Source: Kudoa neothunni | Taxonomy: Eukaryota; Animalia; Cnidaria | Assembly (NCBI GenBank): GCA_964304625.1 | Contig: OZ199839.1 | Coordinates: forward strand, 2,234,093 to 2,298,092 | DNA: 64,000 bases | Direction of reading: 5' to 3' | Part shown: positions 38,546 through 51,801 of the stretch, piece by piece | Layout of the letters: the number at the start of each line of letters is the position of its first letter | Position numbering within the stretch: the stretch's first letter is position 1 | Made by a program: the position numbers and the translations under genes | The notes under the pieces: model-generated | Told to the model about the DNA's origin: nothing | Databases searched by the model: none | What the model saw: the letters and a program-made list of their open reading frames with translations, nothing else

Positions 38546-39527
38546 CCTTCGAAGTAGAATGGGGTAGATTTCTACCCCAAATGAATTTTGCCAACGATAT
38601 TATAGCGTATTAATGGAACATAAGTCCTCTTCAATTTTTTAATCTTTCATCTTTATACAAGCTTTCAGAAAAAATGAATTGAAATTTTTTTTGCAATATA
38701 CCAAAAAAGTTAATGTAAAAATACCTTCCAAATAAAATTGGGGTCGAAATCTACCCCACATTTTTCTTTCATAAAACTATTTAAAATATTCATAAATATC
38801 ATTTTAACAAATTTACCGAAATTCTATCGATTAAATAATGAATAAATAACGAAACACCATACATGCGATGTCAGACCGCATGCGCGAAATCGGTATAAGC
38901 ATGCCAGCCTCTCCTGAATACAACGATAGCTCCTTATTCTCTCATTATTCTTAAACCAGCTATTCAACATATGGTGGCTCTTCCTCAGGTTGTTTAGTTC
39001 TACATCGTAGAGAGCATCCAAAAATATATGTGACAACTGTTAATCAATATTCTTAGTTTCGTATTGTAGTGAGCATTCAAAAATACATATGATATGATTG
39101 TTCAACAGTATGACAATCTTTGTGTTTTAGGAAGTGTTTAAAAACATATTTGATAACTTTTTCTGCGAAATAGACACTGTTTGTCATTATTAGTTGTTTT
39201 TCTGCGTAGTTTAAAATAGGATAAATTAATTGGTAATTATTAAGAAACTTGAATTAAATATTAGAATTAAAAAACCGCACAAATACACCTGTAAATACAA
39301 TCGTACTTCAATCCGAAGAAACGTAACAATATAATCATATGCGCATGCGTATGTGAAATATAACTTTAATAATTGGTCATTTATTCAAAATTTACTGGAT
39401 GATTATTCCTCATATTTTTTCAGTCAATGCTAACTTTTATTTGAAACAATTTTATCAGATAAAAAGTGGTGTTGATTTATACCCACTTTTTATTTGGAGG
39501 GTGTAAATTTTCCAGCCACTTAGAAAG
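38546..39527 (+). mobile_element. piggyBac-like MITE, copy B
   Basis: TTAA|CCTTCGAAGTAGAATGGGGTAGATTTCTACCCCA ... CACTTAGAAAG|TTAA; inner repeat again at about 38739-38759. Confidence 0.85.
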
Positions 39528-39825
39528 TTAACTTATGAAGGAACAATTTATTGGATGATACCAAATTACATAAGATGTACCTATATGCCTTCTTAAAAAT
39601 ATTATAATTTTTGTCGAAATAATTTTAATGTTATTTTGGAACTCATATTTATTCCATTTTCTGATTTAATGAAAATGAATTTCAGTCGGCTAAAGTGTTC
39701 ATATCGACGACATATTAATATTTAGAAAAACGATCTAGATAAAAACATAAAAATTATTTAGGTACTTTAAATATTACGAAAAATTTGTATGTCGGTTAAT
39801 GCATGACGAGCCAGATAGAGATAAT

Positions 39826-39852
39826 TGGCGGGCCGTAGGTTGCCGAGCCCTG
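39826..39852. mobile_element. Solo hAT (Charlie/SPIN-like) terminal inverted repeat
   Basis: Reverse complement CAGGGCTCGGCAACCTACGGCCCGCC resembles hAT termini; partner end not found. Confidence 0.55.
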
Positions 39853-41606
39853 TTATACATAAAATAAAGTTTATTTGATGGAATTTATAATCTAGGTGTT
39901 TTTATTCGTAAGCATATTATTCGAATATGAATTACATAAACTAGTCCATTGAAGACTGAAATTTAGGATTTCATGAATAAACCCTCTTAATAAATTGATC
40001 AATTGTTTTAATAACAAAATCGTAACAAGATCACCATATTTCTTATAGTATTAACCTTCTATTTGTTTAGAATCATTTTTAATAATTTTAGAACAACTTA
40101 AAATGTCAATACATAGGATTATTTTTTACCCAATTCTATGAATGCCATCTAATTAATCCCTGACTGGTAACTTTGTGTCCTAGGCGCAGAAGTTTACCTA
40201 AATCTGGTGGGCTAAAAAGGTACCTATTGAGGATCAATAGATCAAATTTATCATTATATGCTGTTTGAATCTAATGCATTAGGAGTTAAAATGACCTTAT
40301 GTGAAAGCTAAAAATCAAGTACAATAAACTATAAACGCATATTCAGTCACATATAAGAAAAAAATCTTATACTTTGATCAATATCTTTATTCTTGTAGTT
40401 TGAACATAATAAAAATATGCAATATCAATAATTATTTCTTAGTACTCTAATTTTTAGTAATGTTAGTGAAATAATGTCGCATATTCATCTAGCTAGAAAA
40501 ATATACGCTAATATAATAAAATATGAGTATTAAAGACAGAGATTCAAGTTACGTGACTTCAAATAAGAAATTCACGCACATATTCCTATTTATGCAAATA
40601 ATCTCGAAAAAGTTCCAGCTAATCTTCATTTCCCACCTACAGGGAAACTCTAAATACGATACATATTGCTTTTAAAGTATGTTGTCACAACAAAATATTG
40701 AAACATTACAAATTAAAGAACATTTATATCCACATAATTAAAATATACACAAAATGATTGTATAATAAAAATTGTTTATCTATCATTCCTACTTGGTAAC
40801 ACAAACATACACAATATACAGACACTCATTTTATGCAGAAATAGTAGATGAACTATTCTTATTTTCGCTCACATGTTCATTCAAATTGGTCTCAAGCGGA
40901 CCACGAAAAATCGGTCAGCCGTTCTAATCGGTTCAGAGTCACACTAAGGATTTCATCAATATTATCACAAACTTTAATTTTATTAAAAACCACCCGAAAA
41001 ATTCGTATTCCAAGTATTATTGTATTGAAAATATTATTAAAGAGAAAATGGAAAAAGGATTAAAATCAGAATAATTTCCACATTAAATATGTAATATATG
41101 TATAATTACCGTTATATTGCTTTTTTGTACATTGGTTGCCTAATATCGTATTGGACCTTACTGAATATTACATAATACACAACAATCCATGTCACGATAA
41201 ATATATAATCGAATATCTTTGCTATGGTAGCGAACAGGAAATTCACGAAATCACTCAAGCAAATATATATGTTATCGACGAAGTGTTATAATCAAGCTTA
41301 ATGATTTTTATTTGAATTAGCCTATTATTTAAATACAAATGAAAATCGGCATTAATTGATATTTTAAGGGGGAAATAAAGGGGGTAGAAGTGAGTTGAAT
41401 AATTGCAATCAAAATATAAATTAAAAAATTGACGTATACGAGAAAGCTAGCAAAGATTCAAATGAAATAGTAAGGCGTTTTCATTAATATATTGACTATT
41501 AAAACAACGTGGTTACCTATATCTAAAGGAATTATGCAGATAATCTGGGAGGATTAGCTTCATTTTGTTGTAGAACGGGCGTATTGCTTATTGATAGATT
41601 GGACTG

Positions 41607-43573
41607 ATGGTAGAACAAATTATAGCTAATAGAAAGGCACCAGTTAGTTACTCACCTCTTGTTGTAATTTGAAAATTATAATGTTGTGCTATCGCTGAAA
41701 TTGGTAATTAGTTAAGCGATGATTTTGAGGGTTTTCAACCTGAGCAATTTCCATTACCGGAGCCAAGCCGTGGCCATTTGGAACGTGTTCTTATTCCTCA
41801 AGGAATGATTGTTGAACAGTAATGTCAATGGTTTTACCTACTATTTATTACATTATTATTATAATTATATTTGATGTACTTCAACTCAAGGACTGAGCGA
41901 GTAATGCGTCAATTTTATGAGGAATGGGATGGTCGCCCAATGCTATTGGTTATGGTTATGAATGGAGCTGTTAGATTTGGCGAGCTTGTTATCAGGACTC
42001 TCAACAAAATCTCTTACCTATCAAGTGAGACCTTTCATTTTTTATGATATTTGGGTTTTATAAAAGCGGAAATATTATTTGCTATGTTCAGAAAGCGAAA
42101 AATCCTATCAAATCGCCTATTTACAATGTATAAACTACTCGGTAATTTTTTACGAAACAACAGCGTTATAAACTCTTGTTGATATATCTCTCCCTACTTA
42201 ATTCATGTTTGAATAATCCGAGTAATGATTAAGAATAATTATCATATACACAGCTTAGCTCGTTTAAGATGGGTTAATGCAAAGATTTCAACATTTTGGA
42301 ATGAATTTTTCAACATTTCGGCTCAGATCGGGGGAAACCGACAACAATCTTTAAATAAAAATATCATAAAAATTATTGTAAAGCTACGATATTGTTTATA
42401 GAAATATAATTAGTCGTGTATAACTGTATTTTACATTTGTAATACAATTACAATAACTATTGGTTAGATTTTGAGAGAATTAAAATTATTCCCGAATTAA
42501 TTTTAACTCAATACTTAGGATTTTGTTTTTAAATTTTTAATCTTAGATATTATGTTTTATGATGGTTTTTGGTTCATTTTTAACACCCTAGTTGTAAATT
42601 CCAATGAGACAATCCATATTGTGTTATTTCAAACTATTATCGAAATAAAACGAACTCGCATTTTGTTTGTTTGAATATGTTTTATATTATCTCAACTAAA
42701 ATAATCATAGACTAGCCGAATTATACTTTATGATTAGAATATTCGTGTGTTAAATAGTCTGATCAAATTTAAATCTCTAAGGAAACTCTCCCCTTTTTTT
42801 AAAATAAATGTGAAAATCCAATTGATGATAAAGGGGGAAGTGATGTGTCGCCTCAAAATCTACTTGCCTGACTCATTACTCACCACATATCTAGGGTGAT
42901 AAGCAGCTCAGTAGTGAGAAGAAACAAATTATTGTGCCTTCAACGTTTCCCTCGGTAGCTGGAAAAGTAATAATGGTTATGTGATATGAACCAAATAAAA
43001 TGTGTTAATAATAGCATGTTGTCTTTGTGGAAGTAATCCAGAAATTAGTGTTTGTTTGATCATGTGTTTGAAGGATATCGTTGACACCGGTGTTTCCATG
43101 TGTAGATTGTTATCATGGGCTCAGTCGAATGAGGCATTGTCAGCTAAATGCTTAACGTAATTACACTCTCTCTCTCTCTCATAACACCCATTTCTGTTCA
43201 TCTATCTGCTTGTTTATTTAATTTTTTGATTGTTAGGATGACCACCAAAAGGACTACTCGCAGCAATGGATACGTTCCTGACTGTAATGTGTTTCTGCAT
43301 TAATTCTAATATTAATTCGGTTTGTAGATAGCTGTTTTGAAGTTTACGATCATTGGATAGTTGGATTTGGATTGGTATATTATCTCCGATTGATTGAAAA
43401 GGATAACCCATTTTTAGGATTACAATAATCATTTCCGCCATTTTGATGTATATTTTTAACTCTCTCAATCCAACAATTGTTTCGAACTTAATAATATCAT
43501 AATACACACACGCTAACTAATCTTATTTTAGAATGTTTATGTGCTCTCAGATAAAGGGAAGACAGAATTATAA
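41607..43573 (+). CDS. HPRT1: Hypoxanthine-guanine phosphoribosyltransferase, divergent, about 11 exons
   Basis: LSDDFEGF...LERVLIPQGMIVEQTERV, LVMVMNGAVRF, PRPP-binding HVVFVEDIVDTGVSM, KRTTRSNGYVPDYSCFEVYDHWIVGFGLDYNNHFRHFD. Confidence 0.93.
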
Positions 43574-43634
43574 AAAATGCAAATATTTCGATATTCTAGC
43601 CGAACATAATAGTGCTAGTTAGATATGAACATTA

Positions 43635-44580
43635 TTAGTTGTTTTGAGTTGTTTCCGTGTTGGTCATTTGTCGGTCCAATAATACATCTATTTTTCTTTC
43701 TAATGAATCAAATCTTTGATCAATGTGCTCTTTGAGTTTTTGAATCTCTTTGTCGACATACGTTTTGAGATTTGATATTGGATCTATTCCTCATTTATCG
43801 GTGATTGCGAAATGACAAATACACTTTACCTTTATTGTTTTCAGGGGTGTGATTTTGTGATGTTAAGTTATGAGTTTTTTCGACCAAATTACGATCCATG
43901 GACGATTTTACATGGTCGGCAGAAAGGGTGGGTTCTGATCGGTTGTTGTCCCCCTCTACTAGATTGACTTCAATGGTCCATTCACTTATATACAAGCTGG
44001 TTTTATCATGGGGAAGTCCTAAAAACTTTGTACGAATTCTTAAACAACCATAGAAAAATTGGTAACCTACTTTTACGTACATTGCTTTCCTGTCCGAAAT
44101 TGATTTGATTTCCGGTAGAAATATTTGATGCTCATATAGCGTAAAGCCTCTGTGATTAAAATTAGAAAACATTGGGTTGATTCTCGGTAAAAACCTAGGA
44201 GAATGAGCATCTTCATCAATAATCGCATCTCCCTCACATGTTGTTAGGTATGATTTATCGATGTAGACTTCGACAAATCTAGATTCAGCCACAAGAAACC
44301 AACCCACAGGAGTCACATCACGGATCGAGTTTATCGATGGATGTAATTCAATTTTAAAAACGCAAGGTTCATCGATTATGGATTTTTTTAGTACAGCAGA
44401 GGAGTTATATGGTGGATTTAATAGTCTTAAGGAGTTGAAGTCGGTGTGATAGCGTTAAAACTACTTGAACTGAAAATTTTCATTCCCCACTGCAATTTGA
44501 ATAAAATCGACGCTACTCTTTCCCTCACATTCGTTGACCCAGTTAGATTTCATGATTTTTTGGGGATCAATCTCTCTCAT
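43635..44580 (-). CDS. PAAT: PAAT / C10orf88 (DUF4506)-like protein, 3 exons
   Basis: EPCVFKIEL...LVAESRFVEVYIDKSYLTTCEG (cf. SSARNMEVYLGEEYCGTSRG), TLYEHQI, KFLGLPHDKTSLYISEW, and C-terminal YVDKEIQKLKEHIDQRF coiled coil. Confidence 0.75.
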
Positions 44581-44647
44581 TGATATTCAAAGAAATAAAA
44601 TCTATGCGAAAAATACAACTGAATTAAAAATTGCAAACTAATCAAAT

Positions 44648-44659
44648 CGCGCATGCATG
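44648..44659. promoter_or_regulatory. NRF1-like element CGCGCATGCATG upstream of PAAT
   Basis: 68 nt upstream of the ATG. Confidence 0.45.
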
Positions 44660-45092
44660 GGCTAAGATTTTGATATATCCTTGTTGTTAGGCCACTAGCT
44701 ATTACAACGGATGGGATTATCTATTAAAATAACGCTCATATCAAAATTTTAATTTCACAAATACATATAACAATAGCTGAACTATTATAAAATAAATTTG
44801 TTGACTTTTTACCCCTAAATTGGCGATTTATGCATGAATTAACTTGTAATATTCTTAAAGAATTTATATCTGTATTGTTTTTGAATATCACTGATGATAG
44901 GTAGTGTAATTTTTAGAGGAATTTACAAAGAACGTTAACTTATTAAGAGAGTTATTGCGCATGCCTAAAAAGTTCTCTAAGGCGTTTCATTTTGTTTCTA
45001 TCAATTCTATTATATTTTCTTGATCAAATATAGTTGAAAAAAACAAGCAATAATATTTTGTAGTCAATACTTAAATAAAACATTGTAATCTA

Positions 45093-46129
45093 AACGCATT
45101 ATTGGGTAATACGCACATTTTTTCCTGAAATTGATTTTAAAATCGCGCGCAGGTATGATTTGATTTGTATGTATGGTTGATATAAATCTTCATAATATGC
45201 TTATAATAAAAAAATACAATAATTTGAAGTTAATATAAAAAATTTAAAGCTACACCATTAAAAAATATGTTGTTATATTCATATTAATTTTAAATAGTAA
45301 CCTATCCATGAAATTACAACTTATGGAATTATATGAAAATGGAACTGTAAATATTGAACCAACGATGAATTCGACGAAAAATCTGCGAACGGATTACTTG
45401 AATAAGGTCAGATATTTCAGAGTTATTCCTCATAGGAAATTATTTTTAAACGTAATGAAACTGTGAAGAAAATTAAGTAAAATATCTATAATGTTCGCTA
45501 TGGTTGGTCGTAAGGTTTTAAGGGACAGTTTAATCTGCGTAGGTTAAACTTTTATAGTGACTCGAAAATCGTTGATGAAAGAAAGTACGCCTAAAAATAA
45601 CTCTGAAAATTTATAAACTCGAGATGAAGTTGAAATTTAACTCGGACAAATCACAGTTTTATTTTGTTGCAATTTTCTGTATAGGAAATATTAATAGTAG
45701 CGAATGGAATTTTTTTGGTTGAACTGGACGATTTTCAACTACTTAAACATAATTGAAGTATCACTTAAAAAATATTACATATCGAGACAAAGACGATGAA
45801 CAAAATAACTAAATTCTCCAGCTATCCAAGAGACATCAATACATACTATTTAGGACCAGTTAATTAATAAATATCTAAATCACAAAAACCATATAAATGT
45901 CTCAAATGTATAAAGGAATTTAAAACAAAAATTGGCTCTATTTATTTCTAAAAGCATACTTAAAACTTAGAAAAAGATTTGTATAACGTAAATTATTACA
46001 ATAATACTCAAAAAAGAATTAAATGTTGAATATACGCATGCGCGTCAAATGCATACTACACATCATTGCTGGCTGATTCGCACTGTTTATCCGGTCCCGA
46101 AGAGATTACGTATTACCCGTCACCCATTG
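45093..46129. mobile_element. Degenerate non-autonomous Tigger/pogo-type element
   Basis: Right end GTCCCGAAGAGATTACGTATTACCCGTCACCCATTG matches the family end at 38270; left end GGGTAATACGCAC matches 38478-38490 inverted. Confidence 0.6.
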
Positions 46130-46160
46130 TGTATACCATATAGGAATGCCAGACCGACCA

Positions 46161-46185
46161 CAACCCAACCCAACCCAACCCAACC
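46161..46185. repeat. (CAACC)5 microsatellite
   Basis: Direct reading. Confidence 0.9.
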
Positions 46186-46455
46186 CAGCCGGAATATACA
46201 CTACGTTATTAACTAATGTATCAATGATGTTAATTAAGCAACAATTCAGCCTCCCGTACAACAAAACTTTTTAAAACTAATGCACTAGTTCTCCAACCAG
46301 TGCAGTGCTAACTTAGACGAACGAATAATACACGACCCACCTAATCAGATTTAACTCAAATAAAAATCCAATCAATAAGGAACAGCCAAATCGATCAAAC
46401 AATAAATCAATACAGATCAAACAAATTAGACTAGTAACGTTTGTGCAGATGTTGG

Positions 46456-47042
46456 TTACAGTCGGCAACCTCCATCTTGTTCTTGAAAAACTTCTATAGT
46501 GTCGCCATCTTCCATATCCAACTTAATAAATAGAAAATTTGTACCTAATTCATTCATAATTCTAAAAGATATGATCACTTGATTGGGGGTGGTGTCATCA
46601 CCAATCTTTTGACCATCGTGCAGGAATCTTACAGTTGATGACTTGATACCCTAGATTGAGCGTACACACGTGAGACGGTGGTTAATACTGAATTGATTTA
46701 TTTCGAGGGAGATCGGTCGATCGAAAAATCAATGCACCAAAATAATCATACGTATCTGTTGCAGAACGCATGTTTAAGTTTTTTCAATGGAGTGTTGTGT
46801 TTTATCTTGAAATGAACTTCGCTGTTATCCTATTAGAATAGGGCGCGCCCAGAAAAATATAAATCAGTTGTTTCATGACGCTAATGAACAATACCTGTCC
46901 AACAACTTTGATATTGATATATTCTTCCTCGTTGATAGTTTTTTCTTTAGTTTCAGGGGGGTTATTATTCTAGGTGAGTTTGTGAATTTAGCCGGGGTGT
47001 TTTGGTAAAAATTGTTACCTGTGGTTGTTGTTCCTCGCTCAT
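46456..47042 (-). CDS. SUMO: Small ubiquitin-like modifier SUMO, 5 exons
   Basis: EEYINIKVVGQ|DNSEVHFKIKHNTPLKKLKHAFCNRY|GIKSSTVRFLHDGQKIGDDTTPNQ|LDMEDGDTIEVFQEQDGGCRL*. Confidence 0.97.
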
Positions 47043-47048
47043 TATTTT

Positions 47049-47068
47049 TGCGCGCGCAAGGTGCGCGA
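47049..47068. promoter_or_regulatory. GC-palindromic element TGCGCGCGCAAGGTGCGCGA immediately upstream of SUMO
   Basis: Begins 7 nt upstream of the SUMO ATG. Confidence 0.45.
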
Positions 47069-48939
47069 TTCACAACACATATAATCTATTAATCGGATTA
47101 ACTATTTCTTGAATTATTAACTAATTTTTCTTAAATACTCACTTACCAATATTAATCATCATCGAATTGATTAGATAACAATTCAAGCGTACTTATGTGT
47201 ATACAAAAAGCGTGTTACCGTTTACAGTTTTAGATGAGGATTAATCGGTATCTGTGAATTTAATCGATTGATGATCGATCGGCGGTGGAATTATTTCGTT
47301 CAACAACCAAAATGTCATATAGATTTGTTGTTAGTGATTATAATTTTGTGTTTTAAAGCTCGTGACAACCATTGTCAACTACTTATTGATTTGTCTATCG
47401 AAACAATTGATAACGTCGAGGTAGAATGAAAATTAAGGTGTAGTTTAATTTCAATATTTTAATCTCCTCGTTATAATAAATAGGATTTCAAATCATCAGG
47501 ATTATGAGTGCAACGTGAGTTCAGTTAAATCAACTCTACTTTAGGTAGTATCAATTTTTTTAAATCTACCAAAATTATGGATTGTGGAGAGGGTGAAAAC
47601 AATCAATTGCCGTCTACAATCTTGTGATTTTCCTACTGAGAGAACAAATCTTTTATTAATTTTCGTGAAAATTAATATTTTTCGTTCAAGTCACAACATA
47701 TGTTGAATTCAGGTTTTTCGATAGATTAGAATAAATGAGCTTTCGTTAATTTTAATATTCACATTATTTCATATTTTTTTTCCTACCTTAATTGCGGCAG
47801 ATATCGATGATGTGACGAAGGATTTATTTAGTTAAATTATAAGACTTGATATTTACAAAATTCTCTAATGAACAAATACAAATGTTATCGAGCGAACGTG
47901 TAACATAAAACACCACAAACTTGTCATCAACCACTAGTAACCAAAACTGTAAATTTAGCTGCGAATACTAAACAACATAAAAAGGTGTTGAAGAGTAACA
48001 TATGATATTCACCTGCACTCAAGGTCACTGTAATCTGATGCGGATTATTTCCAAAACTTCGCAAATTGTCGGTGAACAGGATTAGTTATTTATTTGTTTT
48101 TCAAGTTTATGGGTCTAATGAATTTCCCATGAGTGTGAGGTAGACGGTAGTGTTTATTTAAGTGGCACCAAATTTATACTGCAAAATCAGTGAATATTAC
48201 GCTAAAACTAACATCTTAATCCGAAATATGTCACAATGATTAGAGGGAACCTTCTTTACAAACAAATCTGATTGACACGTTATGCGTTTGTTGATTTAAC
48301 CCTCCAGGGATGATGCGGGGTCGGGCGGGGTGTTTCGGAACCAATTTTCGAATTTTTAAATTTTCTCATTGAAATTCGATTTTCATTGAACCCATATTCT
48401 ATGAGTTCTCCGCTTGAGTATTAAATATTTTTGTATGAACTAACATTTGATTTTAAATTTGGTTATTTACAAGACTTTGGTGTTTCTTTAGCTTTTGACA
48501 AAAAAATAATCAAATAAAAACATAATATTTACTATTATTTTAATAAAGTTCGATCCATAAATGTATAATATAACAAAAAATATTTATAAAAATATATATA
48601 AGAAAAAAATCAGTCCGATTGATATCCAATCCGATAAGCTCCGATATGGTTGAGAAATTAAAAATGAGATTAACACGAGATCCACAAACTTTTAATTAAA
48701 GCTGATGAAATCGACGACTAAATATTATTATTGTGTATAAATGATATGAGGAAATCCATGATACGTTCATTACAGAAGGTATAGGAATATGTTTCCAAAA
48801 TTCACATCTGAGAGGATGACCAAACGTCCCAAATTGGAGACTCGTAAGCGGTCGTGGAACGCGCCCATTCTACTATATAATTCCAATTTCGATTGAATTA
48901 TCCGTTGGCAACTTTTTGTTTTCTAGTCTGATAAAACCT

Positions 48940-48944
<5 letters not shown>

Positions 48945-48972
<28 letters not shown>
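48945..48972. repeat. (TA)14 microsatellite
   Basis: Direct reading. Confidence 0.9.
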
Positions 48973-48976
<4 letters not shown>

Positions 48977-49058
48977 CATACATTGAATTGTAATTATTAT
49001 GTTGGGTCCGTATTTACGTTGAAAATTTTATCACATTTATTTCTATTACCTTGTTTAA

Positions 49059-49956
49059 TCCTCTAACGGGTTTGGGGTGTATTACACCCTAAACTATCTT
49101 TAATCTAGGTATAAAATTCTACGACCTTCTCATAGAAAATTGAAATTTACGCTATTCTCCTATATTTATTAAACGTAACACATATCCAAAACTTGGCTAA
49201 AATATAAGTTCAGGTCATGCTCAGAAAAAATTCCATCCTCTAACGGGCAACGGGCTTGGGGTGAAAAACACACCAAACTTTTTTTAGCTTATGTTAACTC
49301 GAAAAATTGTAAATAATTAAATGAGAAACTCCTGTAATTTTCCATCGACAAATTTCCATGAAAATCTGCAATTAGTATCCCGCCTAATCCAATGCGGCAT
49401 TCTTCGTCGATCACTCGTAAGTTTCCGTTGGTATATTATTGAGGTTCTCCTATCAGATGGACGGGAGAACATCGATTTTGTCGTATATGTCGGGCTTTAA
49501 TAACTAAAAAAGTTTATTTTTGAATTATAATGTTGAAGAATACTTCCTCGGAGATGTTATTTTAATTATGCGCTAATTTGGGTCATGTAGAAAAATGGGA
49601 TTATTTAAACAAACTTGGGTTAGTTGAATCATTCTGGTGGGTGAATTAAGATGAGTGTTTTCAATGAACTTTTGGATGATATTCACTCCCTTAGTGATGA
49701 ATTGGATAATAACTTGTTTTTTACATTACTTAACGCAAGGCCTTATTGTTCGTTGAAAATAATCTACGAAGATTAAGTCGAACCAGATTAAGTTTTGTAA
49801 TAGATGTAAATATCCTCCAAATTCCATCAATAGAATTTACTAAAAATTTTCAAGCAAATTCAAAGTTATTATTCGAGTAGATTTAAGAAAAAAAAGCCCG
49901 GGGTGTTTTTCACCCCAAACCCATTAAAGGATGGAATTTTTCGCTAGCTTAGAGGG
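49059..49956. mobile_element. Nested piggyBac-like MITE
   Basis: TTAA|TCCTCTAACGGGTTTGGGGTG ... CACCCCAAACCCATTAAAGGATGG...TTAGAGGG|TTAA; subterminal repeat present three times (49059, about 49236, about 49911). Confidence 0.85.
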
Positions 49957-50756
49957 TTAATGTGATTTAATTCTAATTGTTTTAAATTAAAATAATAGTC
50001 AAATATTATGTTTTTATCCATATTTTAAACCGAATATTTTGTTTTCAAAAGAAGACTAAATTATTTATTTATAGGTATGAGAATGTACTTAAAATTAATT
50101 CACATTTTACAATATGTTGTTATCTGTGTTTTCCGGAGCTCGTGGTTATGCGGCTGTTGGGGTGACTTCAACAATGTGTAGAAATTTCTATGTAGAATTT
50201 GCTGTTTCCATCGACAGTGAATGTAAAAATGTGATAATGTACACATATTGGACTAATATTAGATTGAGTCTTGGTTTATGTGTTAATTTTCTGTTTTGGG
50301 GGTTTGTCAAATTTATTTTGTTCAAAATACAAAAACGTTTGAAAATTTTTATATGGCTGTTAAGAAGCATTTGAATGAGTTGATTATAATTTCCAGTTTT
50401 TAAGCAATTACTCTCAAAAAATCATCTAAAATTGCTGGGACCCCAAAGTATCCCAATCAATCGTACTGCGCGTGATTTTTTTAACCAGCGTCCTCCGAGG
50501 GTTAAAATGTCGTGTGTATTTGGTAAAGACTAACTTACTATCCTGTTTCTACGGAAACAGAACCCGGTCTTGTATTAATTTTACCCAAGAGATAGCTCCT
50601 AGGTTTTATTTTTGAGATTGGTCTTATAATTCTGACGTAAAATCTAAAGGATTATACTCTATGTGATTCTCAGAAAAAATAATGTGGTTTAAATTTTTTG
50701 CAGAGAAACATTATTATTTTCACAGTAAATCTAATTATTCCTTATTGTTGTAACCA

Positions 50757-51801
50757 CAATAAGTAACTAGTTTTACGCAATTTACTAAATAAACTACATA
50801 CTTTATAATTATTAAATGAGAAGTGTTCGTGTCTTTATTTTAGACCACTTCGTGAATTTTACTTCAATCAGAATTAAATAAGATAGAAAATGGTCAAAAT
50901 AAAAATCACATGAATAACCATTTTTATGTAATTTTTGCGATGGGTATTGATGTTGTTTGGTGTTTTTATTCTCTAAGATTGACCAAATTTTGTCTAAAAT
51001 ATGTATATAATGATTAATACAATATTATAATGTAATAAATAAAATAGATTTCATCTGTGAGGGGACTGAAACTATTACTATATCGCGATTTAAAATGCTA
51101 TCAATTAACATACGTAGTGGATTTTTAAATATAATGAAGAATTATATTAAAACTTCAAATACACGTCAGTTAAAATTATCGAATAAATTTGGTTATTAGA
51201 GGTCTGGTTTCTGTATCGATATTATAACAACCGGATTTGACTTGATTTGATGTAAGTGATTCAAGAAAATTAAGTGCTGTGTATATATTAAATAGAAAAA
51301 AATCAGAAATATTTTAATCTCGAAATTTAACCAATGTTTGGTTCTTTTACAACAAAAATATATCAAAGGAAATAAATTTTTATGACGATGCTCTACCTTT
51401 ATTGATTTAATTACCGCTTCTTATTGGAGAGTTCAAACAACTATGAACGGAATATTCCGCTGATTGTATCTATCATATAAACTTTTTTAACCAGAAACCG
51501 TGCAACGTAAAATTTTTATTTTCCACGCCTTGTGTAATTAACTAATAAGTTCTTTAAAAAAGATAATAACAACATCAAATATTCTACATTTCACAAAATG
51601 ATACAATATTAAAAAGTGATAAAAATATTCGTTTTCTAATACGTTTCGTTTTAATGTTTCCCATCTACAGAAATACAAAGCACAATACAACAAATCTGTA
51701 TTGTACATGTGAGCGTCAAACTATGTAAAAGTAGTTAAGTGACTAGTTTTACACACATTTTTCCAGTCCCGAAAGGATTACGTAAAAGTGGCCACCTATT
51801 G
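50757..51801. mobile_element. Degenerate non-autonomous Tigger/pogo-type element
   Basis: CAATAAGTAACTAGTTTTACGCAA ... GTCCCGAAAGGATTACGTAAAAGTGGCCACCTATTG|TA (18/24); same end type as 2060. Confidence 0.55.

Larger units (their letters stand above)
48300..50501. mobile_element. Old piggyBac-like element containing a nested insertion
   Basis: TTAA|CCCTCCAGGGATGATG ... CAGCGTCCTCCGAGGG|TTAA; 11/16 TIR match. Confidence 0.65.

Noticed and set aside
47230-48250. Possible plus-strand multi-exon gene divergent from SUMO
   Set aside because: Splice-like signals are present, but no consistent phased ORF or homology was found.
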